A stretch of DNA of 64,000 bases from an uncultured Flavobacteriales bacterium. Its GTDB lineage: Bacteria > Pseudomonadota > Alphaproteobacteria > UBA8366 > JADFVY01. Shown piece by piece: positions 39,471 to 48,362 of this stretch. The stretch spans positions 877 through 64,876 of the forward strand of contig CAYFYY010000015.1 in the NCBI GenBank assembly GCA_964347475.1, read 5' to 3'. The notes below the pieces were generated by a model, which searched no databases, was not told where the DNA came from, and was given only the letters and a program-made list of their open reading frames with translations. Position 1 is the first letter of the stretch, and every line of letters starts with the position of its first letter. Both the position numbers and the translations under genes were made by a program.

Positions 39471-40530
39471 GTCGCCGCTCCCGGAGCCGCTCGTGGACAA
39501 GGCCGCGGGCATCGCCCAGCATCGCCGCCGGGACCGGCAGATCCGCCATCCCGTGCAGGCCGGGATCCGCATTCAGGACTCGCGGGATCATGTTCACGGC
39601 GAGGGCCGCGGTGGCCTCTCCGCCCGGGATTTCCGGGCGTCCCGAAAGGCGCAGGTTCGGGGTTCCCGTGATCTCGATGCTGTCGCCGGTCTCGATACCC
39701 TCGAGTCCCGGATGGATCTGCTGCGGATGGATCAGCGTGATGACGGGCTGGCCGTTGCGGTAGGCGACCGCGGTGTGCAGGCAGCCCGCGACCTGGCCCG
39801 GCTCGACCGTAACGACGGGCGTCTCGCGCCGGACCTGCGTGACGATGGGCTCGCGGCTCTCCTCGATGCGGTCGATCTCCCAGCCGATGGCATCCGCGAT
39901 CATGCGAATCGAGTCCGGGAAGCCGATATGGCCGACGACGCGGCCGTGCTCGAGCCCCTCCCGGAACGCGCGGGGCGTCAGGCCGACGCCCTGGCTCGCC
40001 AGGACCGACGGGCCGTAGGGCGAGAGGTCGTTGCTGCGCTTTGCGGTAATGGACTCGATGGCGGCGCACACGCCGGTGAGGGCGATGACGAGAAGGTCGA
40101 ACACGAAACCGGGATTGACGCCGGTTCCGAGGGCGGACACGCCCTTGGCAACGGCCAGGCGATCGATCTCCGCGGCGATCTCCGGGCCGTGATGCGCGGG
40201 ATAGGCCATCTCTTCGGCGATCGAGATCACATGGACGCCACGATCCAGCAGCGTGACGATCTCATCCCTGGCATCGACCAGCCGCGAGCAGGTCGCATGT
40301 ATCGCGACCTCGGGCCGTGCCGCATCGGTCACGCCGGCCAGGTCGTTGGCGATCGCCAGGCCAAGATCGCGCTCCAGTCCGATTGCCCGGCCGAGATCCG
40401 TGCCGGCGCGCGCCGCCCGCCGGCCGTATGCGCCGACGAGGTCGAGCCCCTTCTTGCACAGAACGAGGCGGGCTATCCTGCTCCCCATCTGGCCCGTCCC
40501 GACCACCAGGATCCGGATCGGATCGCGCAT
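39463..40530 (-). CDS. ord: 2,4-diaminopentanoate dehydrogenase (DapB-like NAD(P) oxidoreductase)
   Basis: 355 aa with the N-terminal Rossmann motif IRILVVGTGQMGSRI. First gene of the ord-ortA-ortB-oraS-oraE-orr string. Confidence 0.7.
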   Translation of the reverse strand: MRDPIRILVVGTGQMGSRIARLVLCKKGLDLVGAYGRRAARAGTDLGRAIGLERDLGLAIANDLAGVTDAARPEVAIHATCSRLVDARDEIVTLLDRGVHVISIAEEMAYPAHHGPEIAAEIDRLAVAKGVSALGTGVNPGFVFDLLVIALTGVCAAIESITAKRSNDLSPYGPSVLASQGVGLTPRAFREGLEHGRVVGHIGFPDSIRMIADAIGWEIDRIEESREPIVTQVRRETPVVTVEPGQVAGCLHTAVAYRNGQPVITLIHPQQIHPGLEGIETGDSIEITGTPNLRLSGRPEIPGGEATAALAVNMIPRVLNADPGLHGMADLPVPAAMLGDARGLVHERLRERRHG

Positions 40531-40596
40531 GCGTGAGCCTTTCTGTCGCTTCCAGCAGGGCGGCGCCGGCCGGCCGCCGCAATGCGTCGCCGCGAG

Positions 40597-41085
40597 TCAC
40601 CCGATGGGAATGCGCCGTCCGGCTGTCGGCTTGCCGGGCGCGGCCTTGGGCAGGACGATCGTCAGCGTCCCCCGGCGATAGGTGGCCTTGATCCCGGCCT
40701 CGGCGATCGCCGGTCCGATGGCGATCGCCCGCTCGAAGCGGCCGAACTCGCGCTCCCGCAACGCATGGTGCTGGTTCTTGGCCTCCGGCGGGATCTCATT
40801 GTCGCCGCAGATGCTGAGGATGCCGCCGCCGAAGGTGACGTCGATTTCGTCTGGCGCCACGCCCGGCAGCTCGACCTGGACGGTGACCGCGTCCGCGTCT
40901 TCGGCGACGTCCATCTGCGGCGACAGGTCGATGCCGGACACCGGGCGCGCCGTCGGCGAGCCGAGGCCGCGCCAGTAGTCCTCGACCGTCTCGGTCATCG
41001 CCTGGCGCAGGTCTTCCAGGGGGCGCGGCACGTGCCGCGGCGCCCATGCCCTCCAGTACCAAATCGGGGGTCCTCGATCAGCCAT
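40597..41085 (-). CDS. Small heat-shock protein (Hsp20/alpha-crystallin)
   Basis: 162 aa from the ATG at 41085. Alpha-crystallin core: DVAEDADAVTVQVELPGVAPDEIDVTF...REREFGRFERAIAI...ATYRRGTLTIVLPK. Confidence 0.8.
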   Translation of the reverse strand: MADRGPPIWYWRAWAPRHVPRPLEDLRQAMTETVEDYWRGLGSPTARPVSGIDLSPQMDVAEDADAVTVQVELPGVAPDEIDVTFGGGILSICGDNEIPPEAKNQHHALREREFGRFERAIAIGPAIAEAGIKATYRRGTLTIVLPKAAPGKPTAGRRIPIG

Positions 41086-41298
41086 GACGAACCTCGTCGA
41101 AGCCGGAGGATCAAATCGCCATATGGTACGACCGGGCCGCCTGCCGGGGCATTGACCCATGTCAACGGCCGGGCCCGCTTTGATCTGCGTCATGGGCGCG
41201 GGCCGCGCCCTGTGGTCCAATGCCGGGTCCGAAGGACTGACCCAGTCCCGATCCGTTCCCGAGGGGCGGCCACGAGCGACCACGGGGCCGAGCACGAG

Positions 41299-41544
41299 AT
41301 GGCTCACACGCACGAGCGCCTGATCGCGCAGTTCCCGCGCTACGAGCGGCAGATCCGCGAGCTCGCCGCATCGGATGCGGAATTCGACGAGCTCGCGGCC
41401 GAGTACGAGACTCTGCGCAGCGAGATCCACGACCTGGAAGCGTCCGGCGACGTCGGGCCCGATTACACGGATCTCTGCGATCGCCGCGACGATCTGCAGG
41501 AAACGCTGGTCATCATGATGCAGGAAGCCGAGAGCGCCGCCTGA
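41299..41544 (+). CDS. DUF465 (YdcH-like) small coiled-coil protein
   Basis: 81 aa. IRELAASDAEFDELAAEYETLRSEIHDLE... is the typical DUF465 pattern. Confidence 0.6.
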   Translation: MAHTHERLIAQFPRYERQIRELAASDAEFDELAAEYETLRSEIHDLEASGDVGPDYTDLCDRRDDLQETLVIMMQEAESAA

Positions 41545-42183
41545 CGCGGGGCTCTCGCGGGGATCATGGCCGGGCTGGCGGGGGCACAGGCCTGGCGGGT
41601 GATCTTTAACGCCTACCCCGGGGCCCGGCAGATAGCGCCGTTGAGCTCTGCACCGAGGCGAGACGGCGGCGCGCCAAGGCGCACGCCTTGTCGACCGCGG
41701 TGGACGGCAAACTCGCCGGCTTCGCCGATGTCGGCACCTGGGCCGAGGTGGCCGTCGAAGACGAAAGCAAGATGGTCGCGCGCGGCAAGCAAGGCAGAGC
41801 CGCAACCAACGCTACGAAGGTCGGCCCCATGACCGAGGACGCAGGACAGCGCTACCTGCGCCTGCCCATGCTGCACGCCGGTGGGTGCGCTTGGCATTCA
41901 TCGCTGGGCATTCGCCGGCTAGCAGCATGGGGTTCGCGATTGTCCGCGACCATTTGCTCGATCTGGGGGAACGGATGTTCCCTTGGCGTTGTCGCCGAAA
42001 TCCAGAAGCATTCGGCAATTTTGGGGCTCCGGGGCAGGCAGCCTGATTCGTTCGCCGCCGTTGGGCATGACAGTGGCTGGTGTACGGGCATATCACGGCC
42101 TCGCCGAATACCCGCCGGCGATCCGCGGAGAAGCGCGCCGCGAAATCCGGGATGCCCGGGCCAGGATCTACGACCATTCGCAA

Positions 42184-42409
42184 GCGCGGGTCCTTCCCGG
42201 CCGGGCGCCAATTGCGGGTACGGCGCGGTGCGGGTTGTCGCCAGTGTCGGTGTTCGAAATTCCGGTTAAAGGCCCGGTTAAACAGGTTAAATCAAGAGGT
42301 TAAGGTCGACGCCGGGAGTCGCAGATCATGGCGGTGTGCCGGGTCGGAGCGCCACCGATTCGATTTCGCCGACATTCTCGATGTTCTGTTTCCGCATTTC
42401 GACGAGAAA
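42184..42409. repeat. Copy B of the roughly 220 bp imperfect direct repeat (partner at 30169-30385)
   Basis: Same conserved blocks as copy A. Four GGTTAA hexamers at 42264, 42276, 42285 and 42298. Confidence 0.75.
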
Positions 42410-42713
42410 GCGCAGCTTGGCTGTAAGAACAGCCCGCCATGCATGATCTATCAAAGACGGAACTTGAACCGAGCAGTCGCAGGTTCAAATCGGGGGCCCG
42501 CAACCACCTATGCCGAACACGTTTGAGGTGGGGCCGACGGTCCGCTCTAGAGCCCGCTACGTACATGAGCGATCCTCGCTCCTAACCGCAGCTTTTAGCG
42601 AGGAGCCGTCGATTCGCGATCCCGGCCATTACCCGTAACGTCGCTTGTAACAGGCTCTGCATATGCCGCTTTTGGGCGCGATCATGATAGATCGGTAACC
42701 GGGTCGGACGACA

Positions 42714-43664
42714 TCAGCCCACGGCCGCAGCGAACACCCGCATGAAATTCCCGCCGCTGATCTTTTCGATGTCGGCCCGTGCCATGCCGCGCGCCCGCAG
42801 CGCATCGGGGATCACGTAAAAGGCGGAATAATCGTCCCAGACCGGCGCGCGGACGGCATCCATATCGGTGCCGATGCCCACATGATCGACACCGACCGCG
42901 TCGGTGAGCCGGACGATATTGTCGATGTAGTCGTCGAAATCATCGACGGCGAGCCGCGTCGCCCAGGCACCGATCATGCCGCCGGTCGAGGCGATCAGCC
43001 GCGCATGGTCTTCATCGATGCAGCGCGGGTGCCGGTCGCCCAGAATGCTGTGCGACAGGATGATCGGTCGATCGGTCGCACGAACGACGCCCTTCACCGT
43101 CTCGAAGGTGGCGTGCGCCACGTCGACGAGGATGCCGAGCCTGGCGCATTCCCCGACGACGTCGCGACCGAACGCCTTCAAGCCGCCATGGCGCGGCAGT
43201 TCGGTCTGGATATCGCCGAGCTCGTTGATCCGGTAGTGGACGAGCTGCATCACACGCACGCCACGGCCATGGAAGTGTGCCACGCGATCGACCCGTCCCT
43301 CGAGGCAGTCGAGACCCTCGATCGCCGCAACGATCGCGCCGCCCGTCTCCCGCAACCCCTCGATATCGGCAACCGTCGCCGCCGGCCACGTGCCGGCGCG
43401 TCGGCATGTCTCCCACAACGCATCGAGATCGCTCTCGGCGCCGTCGAACAGCTCGCCCGGTTGGGGCTCGCGCAACAATCGCAATCCCCGGTCCGTCATG
43501 CCGATGACGCTGCGGTCGCCGATCACCGCCGCAATGCATGCGGTCATGCCGCCCCGGCGCATCTCCTCGATCCGCGCCACGCCGCATGCCGGATCCTCGA
43601 AGAACCGCCCGAGATGGCAGTGACTGTCGATGGCGTAAGCGACGCCGCCCCGGCCGGACGTCAT
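42714..43664 (-). CDS. Membrane (renal-type) dipeptidase family protein, peptidase M19
   Basis: 316 aa. Metal-ligand-like motifs IDSHCHL, VDVAHAT and ILSHS, with M19-like spacing. Confidence 0.7.
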   Translation of the reverse strand: MTSGRGGVAYAIDSHCHLGRFFEDPACGVARIEEMRRGGMTACIAAVIGDRSVIGMTDRGLRLLREPQPGELFDGAESDLDALWETCRRAGTWPAATVADIEGLRETGGAIVAAIEGLDCLEGRVDRVAHFHGRGVRVMQLVHYRINELGDIQTELPRHGGLKAFGRDVVGECARLGILVDVAHATFETVKGVVRATDRPIILSHSILGDRHPRCIDEDHARLIASTGGMIGAWATRLAVDDFDDYIDNIVRLTDAVGVDHVGIGTDMDAVRAPVWDDYSAFYVIPDALRARGMARADIEKISGGNFMRVFAAAVG

Positions 43665-43700
43665 CGCAGCTCCTCCATTATCCGCCCCATATTGGCCGCG

Positions 43701-44573
43701 TCACGGCGTTGCCGCCGACTTGACCGCAAGCGCCGCGGCCCAGTCCGCAATGATCGCGCTGAGCCGGGTCAGGTCCGCCTGCAGGCTTGCGAACCCGGGC
43801 GTCGGTTCGACCCGCGCCTCGTCGAGGTAGAGCGCCCGGTTGATCTCGATCTGCAGGCTGTGGATTCCACCTGCCGGATCCGCATGGCGGCGCAGGACGC
43901 CGCCGCCGGCATACGGCTCGTTCACCGACACCGAGTAGCCGAGCGCGCGCAGGCTTTGGGCGACCAGCGCGGTCAGGCCAGAATCGCAGGCGGTGCCATG
44001 CAGATCACCGATCACGAAATCAGGCCGCCGCACGCCCGGACCATCCGGCGTGTTGGCGTTGCCGACGGATTTCATCGAGTGCCAGTCGACATGACAAACC
44101 GCGCCGAACATGCCGCGCAGGTCCTTCAATCGCGATGCCAGTGCCTCGTGGTAGGGCCGATGATAGCGCGCGACCCTCGCCGTGACCTCGCCATAGCTGA
44201 GCAGCCGGTCGTAGATACGGTGCTCGGGAACCACATCTCGGCGGATGAGGCCGATCCCGCGCCGGCTCTTGTCGCTCTGCCGAAAGGCGTCAGCCGGCGC
44301 ATCCGCGACAAGTGCCGGATCGACATCGTCCTCATCGCGGTTCGGGTCGATATAGCAACGGGGGAACAGGGCCTTGAGCACCGTCACCCCGCTGGCCGGC
44401 GCGCCCGCCAGCAACCGGTCCACATACGCGTCCTCGCCGCGCCGCAAGATCTCCAGCGGCAACGCCGATCCGAAATCCTCGGGGTAATCACGCCCGCTGT
44501 GCGGCAGGTCGAACAACACCGCCCTCGCCGAAGCAGACGGTCGCACGATCTCGAGAACACCGGGGACGATCAC
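43701..44573 (-). CDS. N-formylglutamate amidohydrolase family protein (FGase), copy 1
   Basis: 290 aa. LFDLPHSGRDYPEDF and HVDWHSM motifs. Confidence 0.7.
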   Translation of the reverse strand: MIVPGVLEIVRPSASARAVLFDLPHSGRDYPEDFGSALPLEILRRGEDAYVDRLLAGAPASGVTVLKALFPRCYIDPNRDEDDVDPALVADAPADAFRQSDKSRRGIGLIRRDVVPEHRIYDRLLSYGEVTARVARYHRPYHEALASRLKDLRGMFGAVCHVDWHSMKSVGNANTPDGPGVRRPDFVIGDLHGTACDSGLTALVAQSLRALGYSVSVNEPYAGGGVLRRHADPAGGIHSLQIEINRALYLDEARVEPTPGFASLQADLTRLSAIIADWAAALAVKSAATP

Positions 44574-45433
44574 GGTATCCGCTCCCCCACGTAGTCGGCG
44601 ACAACGGCGATCAGCCGCGTCACATTTGCCTGGAGCGCAGCGAACCCGCCATTCCGCTCCAGGCCCGCCTCATCCATGTACAGGGCCCGGTTGATTTCGA
44701 TCTGCAGGCTGTGCCGCCCGGCCGCCGGGTCCGACCAGGCGCGCACCAGTTCGGCGCCCTTGTACGGGTCGTTGATCGTCACCTCGTAACCGAGATCGGA
44801 GAGAATCTCGCGGACCAGCGCGGTGAACTCCGCCGAGCAGGTCGTTGCATCGATATCGCCCAACGTGATGTCGGGGCGGCGCATGCCGGGGCCTTCCGCC
44901 GCCATAACAGTGCTCACCGACGGCATGGAATGACAGTTGACGTGCCAGACGGCGCCGAAGCCCCGATAAAGCCGATCCAGCGCGCCGGCAACTGCGTCGT
45001 GATAGGGACGATGATAGGTCTCGATTCGCCGGCGCAGCTCGGCGACCGTAAGCTTTCGATCATAGATCGGATCGCCCGGCGGGCAGAGACGCCAGACCAG
45101 TCCGACGCCAAGATCAGATTTCGGCCCGGGAGCACTCTCTTCCGGCCAGTCCTCTTCAAGCAGCGCCGGATCGATATCGAGCGCGGAGCGGTTGGGGTCA
45201 ATGTAGATGCGCGGGAACAAAGCGCCGATCAGCGTCGCGCCGTACGCAGGCGCTGCCGCGTAGAGCTCGTCGACGAAGCTGTCCTCGGATTGTCGCATTT
45301 GCCTGCGCGGCGCGACGTGGTCGAAATCGTCGGGATAGGCCGCGCCGCTATGCGGCGAGTCGAACAGGAGCGGCAGCGCCTCGTCGCGCGGCCCGCGCTC
45401 GAACAGAACACCGGACAACTCCCTGTCGGGCAT
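44570..45433 (-). CDS. N-formylglutamate amidohydrolase family protein (FGase), copy 2
   Basis: 287 aa. LLFDSPHSGAAYPDDF and HVNCHSM. Paralogous to copy 1, with a 4 nt overlap. Confidence 0.7.
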   Translation of the reverse strand: MPDRELSGVLFERGPRDEALPLLFDSPHSGAAYPDDFDHVAPRRQMRQSEDSFVDELYAAAPAYGATLIGALFPRIYIDPNRSALDIDPALLEEDWPEESAPGPKSDLGVGLVWRLCPPGDPIYDRKLTVAELRRRIETYHRPYHDAVAGALDRLYRGFGAVWHVNCHSMPSVSTVMAAEGPGMRRPDITLGDIDATTCSAEFTALVREILSDLGYEVTINDPYKGAELVRAWSDPAAGRHSLQIEINRALYMDEAGLERNGGFAALQANVTRLIAVVADYVGERIP

Positions 45434-45436
45434 GTG

Positions 45437-46453
45437 TCAGGCCGTTCCTTCGTTCAGATGACAGGCCGATTTCCGGCCCGGCGCGATTTCTCTCAAAATC
45501 GGGCGCTCTTCCGCGCAACGCGCGGTCGCGTGCGGGCAGCGCGGATGGAAATGGCAGCCCGTGGGTGGATCCAGCGGCGAGGGAATCTCGCCTCTTATGG
45601 CGGAGAATTTCGCGTGCCGCTGATCAAGGCGGGGAACCTCCTGCAACAGGGCCTGGGTATAGGGATGATTCGGACTGTCGAACAATTCTTCGGTCAGGCT
45701 CGACTCGACGACGCGGCCGAGATACATGATCACTATGCGGTCGCTGATATGCTCGACCACCCCCAAATCATGACTGATGAAAAGGTAGGTGAGGCCGAGT
45801 TCCTCGCGCAGCCGCATGAACAGGTTCAGTATCTGCGCCTGAATCGAGACGTCGAGCGCCGCCACCGCCTCATCGCAGACGATAAGATCGGGGTTGACGG
45901 CCAAAGCCCTGGCGATTCCGATCCGCTGCCGTTGACCACCGGAAAACTGGTGCGGATACCTGCGCTTGAATTCGGGGTCCAGACCGCAGCGCAGCATCAC
46001 GTCTTCGATATAGGCATCGGTGTTGGCGCGACTGACCAGCCCGTGCACCCGCGGGGCCTCGCCGATGATGTCCTTGACCCGCAGCCGAGGGTTGAGCGAG
46101 GCGAACGGATCCTGGAAAATCATCTGGATCCTGAGCGCCATGTCCCTCGTCTGCAGCGCATCCAGCGTACGGATATCGCGGCCCTTGTAGAAATAGGTGC
46201 CTTCGCTGGGCTCCAGGATGCCGGCGACCATCCGGCCGAGCGTGGATTTGCCGCAACCGGACTCGCCCACGAGTCCAACCACCTCTCCCGGCTGGATCGC
46301 AAGGTCCACCTCATCCACCGCATGGACGACCTCCTCGCGTATGCTCGATCCCATATAGCGTGCGATCCTGGCCGCGACATCCAGCGACTTGACGAAGCGC
46401 TTGCCGATTCCGCGCAAATCGATATAGGGTGCTGGGCTCGCGGCGTCGCTCAT
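45437..46453 (-). CDS. Peptide ABC transporter ATP-binding protein (DppF/OppF-like)
   Basis: ATG at 46453. Walker [10 protein letters not shown], signature FSGGQRQR, and the C-terminal oligopeptide domain CHFHPRCP. Confidence 0.9.
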   Translation of the reverse strand: MSDAASPAPYIDLRGIGKRFVKSLDVAARIARYMGSSIREEVVHAVDEVDLAIQPGEVVGLVGESGCGKSTLGRMVAGILEPSEGTYFYKGRDIRTLDALQTRDMALRIQMIFQDPFASLNPRLRVKDIIGEAPRVHGLVSRANTDAYIEDVMLRCGLDPEFKRRYPHQFSGGQRQRIGIARALAVNPDLIVCDEAVAALDVSIQAQILNLFMRLREELGLTYLFISHDLGVVEHISDRIVIMYLGRVVESSLTEELFDSPNHPYTQALLQEVPRLDQRHAKFSAIRGEIPSPLDPPTGCHFHPRCPHATARCAEERPILREIAPGRKSACHLNEGTA

Positions 46454-47433
46454 ACCGCAGGCTCCAGGAGAGGATGATGACAGCGGACCGCCCGGGCCGG
46501 CATTGGCGCGGTGATGCCGGGTGCGGCATCGCAAGCCGCGTCGGCGTGGCCGCAGCGGGCCCGGAACGCGCAGCCGATCGGCATGTTGAGAAGCGATGGC
46601 GTCATGCCGGGGATCTGTTCAAGCTCCCGGCCGCGCTTGTTGCGGCTGGGCACCGAACCGATCAGCCCGTGCGTATAGGGATGCAGCGGACGGTCGAGCA
46701 CCGCATCGATCTCGCCGGCCTCCGCCACGCGACCTGCGTACATCACGCAGATATGGTCGGCGAGCCCCGCGACGACCGTCAGGTCGTGGGTGATCCAGAT
46801 CAGGGCGGTGCCGGTCTCACGGCACAGCTTCTGCGCCTCGTGCAGGATCTGCGCCTGGATCGTCACGTCGAGCGCCGTCGTCGGTTCGTCGGCGATGACA
46901 AGATCGGGGCGGTTGATGAACGCGGTGGCGATCGCCACGCGCTGGCGCATGCCGCCGGAAAACTGATGCGGATAGGCGCGCAATCGCTCATCCGGCGAAG
47001 GGATGCCGACCTGGCCGAGCGCGTCGCGCGCCCGCTTGCGCGCCTCTTCCCGACCGATATTCTCGTGCGCCAGCACGGCTTCGACCATCTGCGTTTCGAT
47101 GCGCAAAACCGGGTTCAGCGTCATCATCGGATCCTGGAAGATCATCGCGATCTTCGCGCCGCGCAGCTTGCGCCACTCCGCTTCGGGGAGGGCCGCGAGG
47201 TCCCGCCCGTTGAACAGGATGCGACCGTCGACAACGCGGCCGGGCGGGTCGACCAGACCGATGACCGAGAACCCCGTGACCGTCTTGCCCGAACCGGACT
47301 CGCCGACCAGGCCCAGCACCTGCCCCCTGTCCACCGAGAAGCTGACATCGTCGACCGCGCGCACGACGCCTGCGCGGGTGAAGAAATGGGTGCGCAGGTT
47401 TTCGACCGCCAGCGTAGTGCTACCGCCCGTCAT
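46450..47433 (-). CDS. Peptide ABC transporter ATP-binding protein (DppD/OppD-like)
   Basis: Walker A GESGSGKT, signature FSGGMRQR, and C-terminal CAFRARC. Confidence 0.9.
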   Translation of the reverse strand: MTGGSTTLAVENLRTHFFTRAGVVRAVDDVSFSVDRGQVLGLVGESGSGKTVTGFSVIGLVDPPGRVVDGRILFNGRDLAALPEAEWRKLRGAKIAMIFQDPMMTLNPVLRIETQMVEAVLAHENIGREEARKRARDALGQVGIPSPDERLRAYPHQFSGGMRQRVAIATAFINRPDLVIADEPTTALDVTIQAQILHEAQKLCRETGTALIWITHDLTVVAGLADHICVMYAGRVAEAGEIDAVLDRPLHPYTHGLIGSVPSRNKRGRELEQIPGMTPSLLNMPIGCAFRARCGHADAACDAAPGITAPMPARAVRCHHPLLEPAV

Positions 47434-48362
47434 CGCCGGAGCCTCGGGTTGAGGACGTCGCGCAGTTGGTCGCCGACGAGGTTGATGCTGACGATGGTGA
47501 TCAGAAGGGCGATGCCGGGATAGAAGCTGATCCAGTAGTCGCCGCTCAGCATGTAGTCGAAGCCGTTCTTGATCAGCAGGCCGAGCGAGGGCTCGGTGAT
47601 CGGCAGGCCGACGCCGAGGAACGAGAGAGTCGCCTCAAGGGCGATGGCGTGCGCCACCTGTACCGTGCCGACCACGATCAGCGGCGGCGTGCAGTTCGGC
47701 AGAAGATGGCGGAACACGATGCGGCGGTGGCTCAGGCCCAGGCAGGTCGCCGCCTCGATATATTCCTTGCGGCGCTCGACCAGCGCCGTACCGCGAATGG
47801 TGCGCGCGTAGTAGGCCCACTGCACCGCGACGAGCGCTATGACAATCTTCTCCACCCCCTGACCCAGAATGGCGACCAGGATCAAAGCGATCAGGATCGC
47901 CGGGAAGCTGAGCTGAAGGTCGGCGATGCGCATGATCACCGTATCGGTCCGACCGCCGAAATAGGCGGCAAGTAGACCCAGCGCGCCACCGAAAAAGATG
48001 GCGATCAGCGTGCTGCTCGCGCCGACGCTCAGGCTTGTCCGCAAGCCATAGAAGATGGCGCTCAACATGTCGCGACCCTGATCATCGGTACCAAGCCAAA
48101 ACGTCATCCCGTCGAAGGATTGCGATCCCGGCGGCAGGCGACCGTCGAGGATGTTGATCTGCATCAGGTCGTACGGGTTCTGCGGTGTGATCAGCGGCGC
48201 CAAGATCGCGCCGAGGATGATGAGCATGAAGACGGTCAGGCCGCCGACGGCAATGCGGCTTTCCAAGAACTCCGAAACGAAGCGCCGCAGAGGCGTCTCG
48301 ACCGCCTTCCCGCCCGCCGCCTCATCCACAACTTCGTCCGGATATTGCTGCAGCGCGGTCAT
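47430..48362 (-). CDS. Peptide ABC transporter permease (DppC-like)
   Basis: 310 aa polytopic protein with the BPD_transp_1 EAA-loop region (YIEAATCLGLSHRRIVFRHLLPN). Confidence 0.9.
   Translation of the reverse strand: MTALQQYPDEVVDEAAGGKAVETPLRRFVSEFLESRIAVGGLTVFMLIILGAILAPLITPQNPYDLMQINILDGRLPPGSQSFDGMTFWLGTDDQGRDMLSAIFYGLRTSLSVGASSTLIAIFFGGALGLLAAYFGGRTDTVIMRIADLQLSFPAILIALILVAILGQGVEKIVIALVAVQWAYYARTIRGTALVERRKEYIEAATCLGLSHRRIVFRHLLPNCTPPLIVVGTVQVAHAIALEATLSFLGVGLPITEPSLGLLIKNGFDYMLSGDYWISFYPGIALLITIVSINLVGDQLRDVLNPRLRR

Noticed and set aside
41086-41130. A possible ROSE-like RNA thermometer or RpoH promoter in the hsp20 leader (CCUCC ... GAGG near the start codon; TTGACA and CCATAT upstream).
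   Set aside because: Only a 4-bp SD/anti-SD pairing can be drawn by hand. The TTGACA-CCATAT spacing (about 33 nt) does not fit sigma70 or sigma32. There is no conserved ROSE G-bulge context that I can verify. The evidence is insufficient.
42455-42512. A tRNA-like fragment (GCAGGTTCAAATC...CCCGCAACCACC) that might be a tRNA gene or an att-site remnant.
   Set aside because: The T-loop-like TTCAAAT is not followed by a sequence complementary to GCAGG. No acceptor, D or anticodon arms can be folded by hand. The 3' part belongs to the dispersed GGGCCCGCAACCACC repeat. It is not a tRNA.
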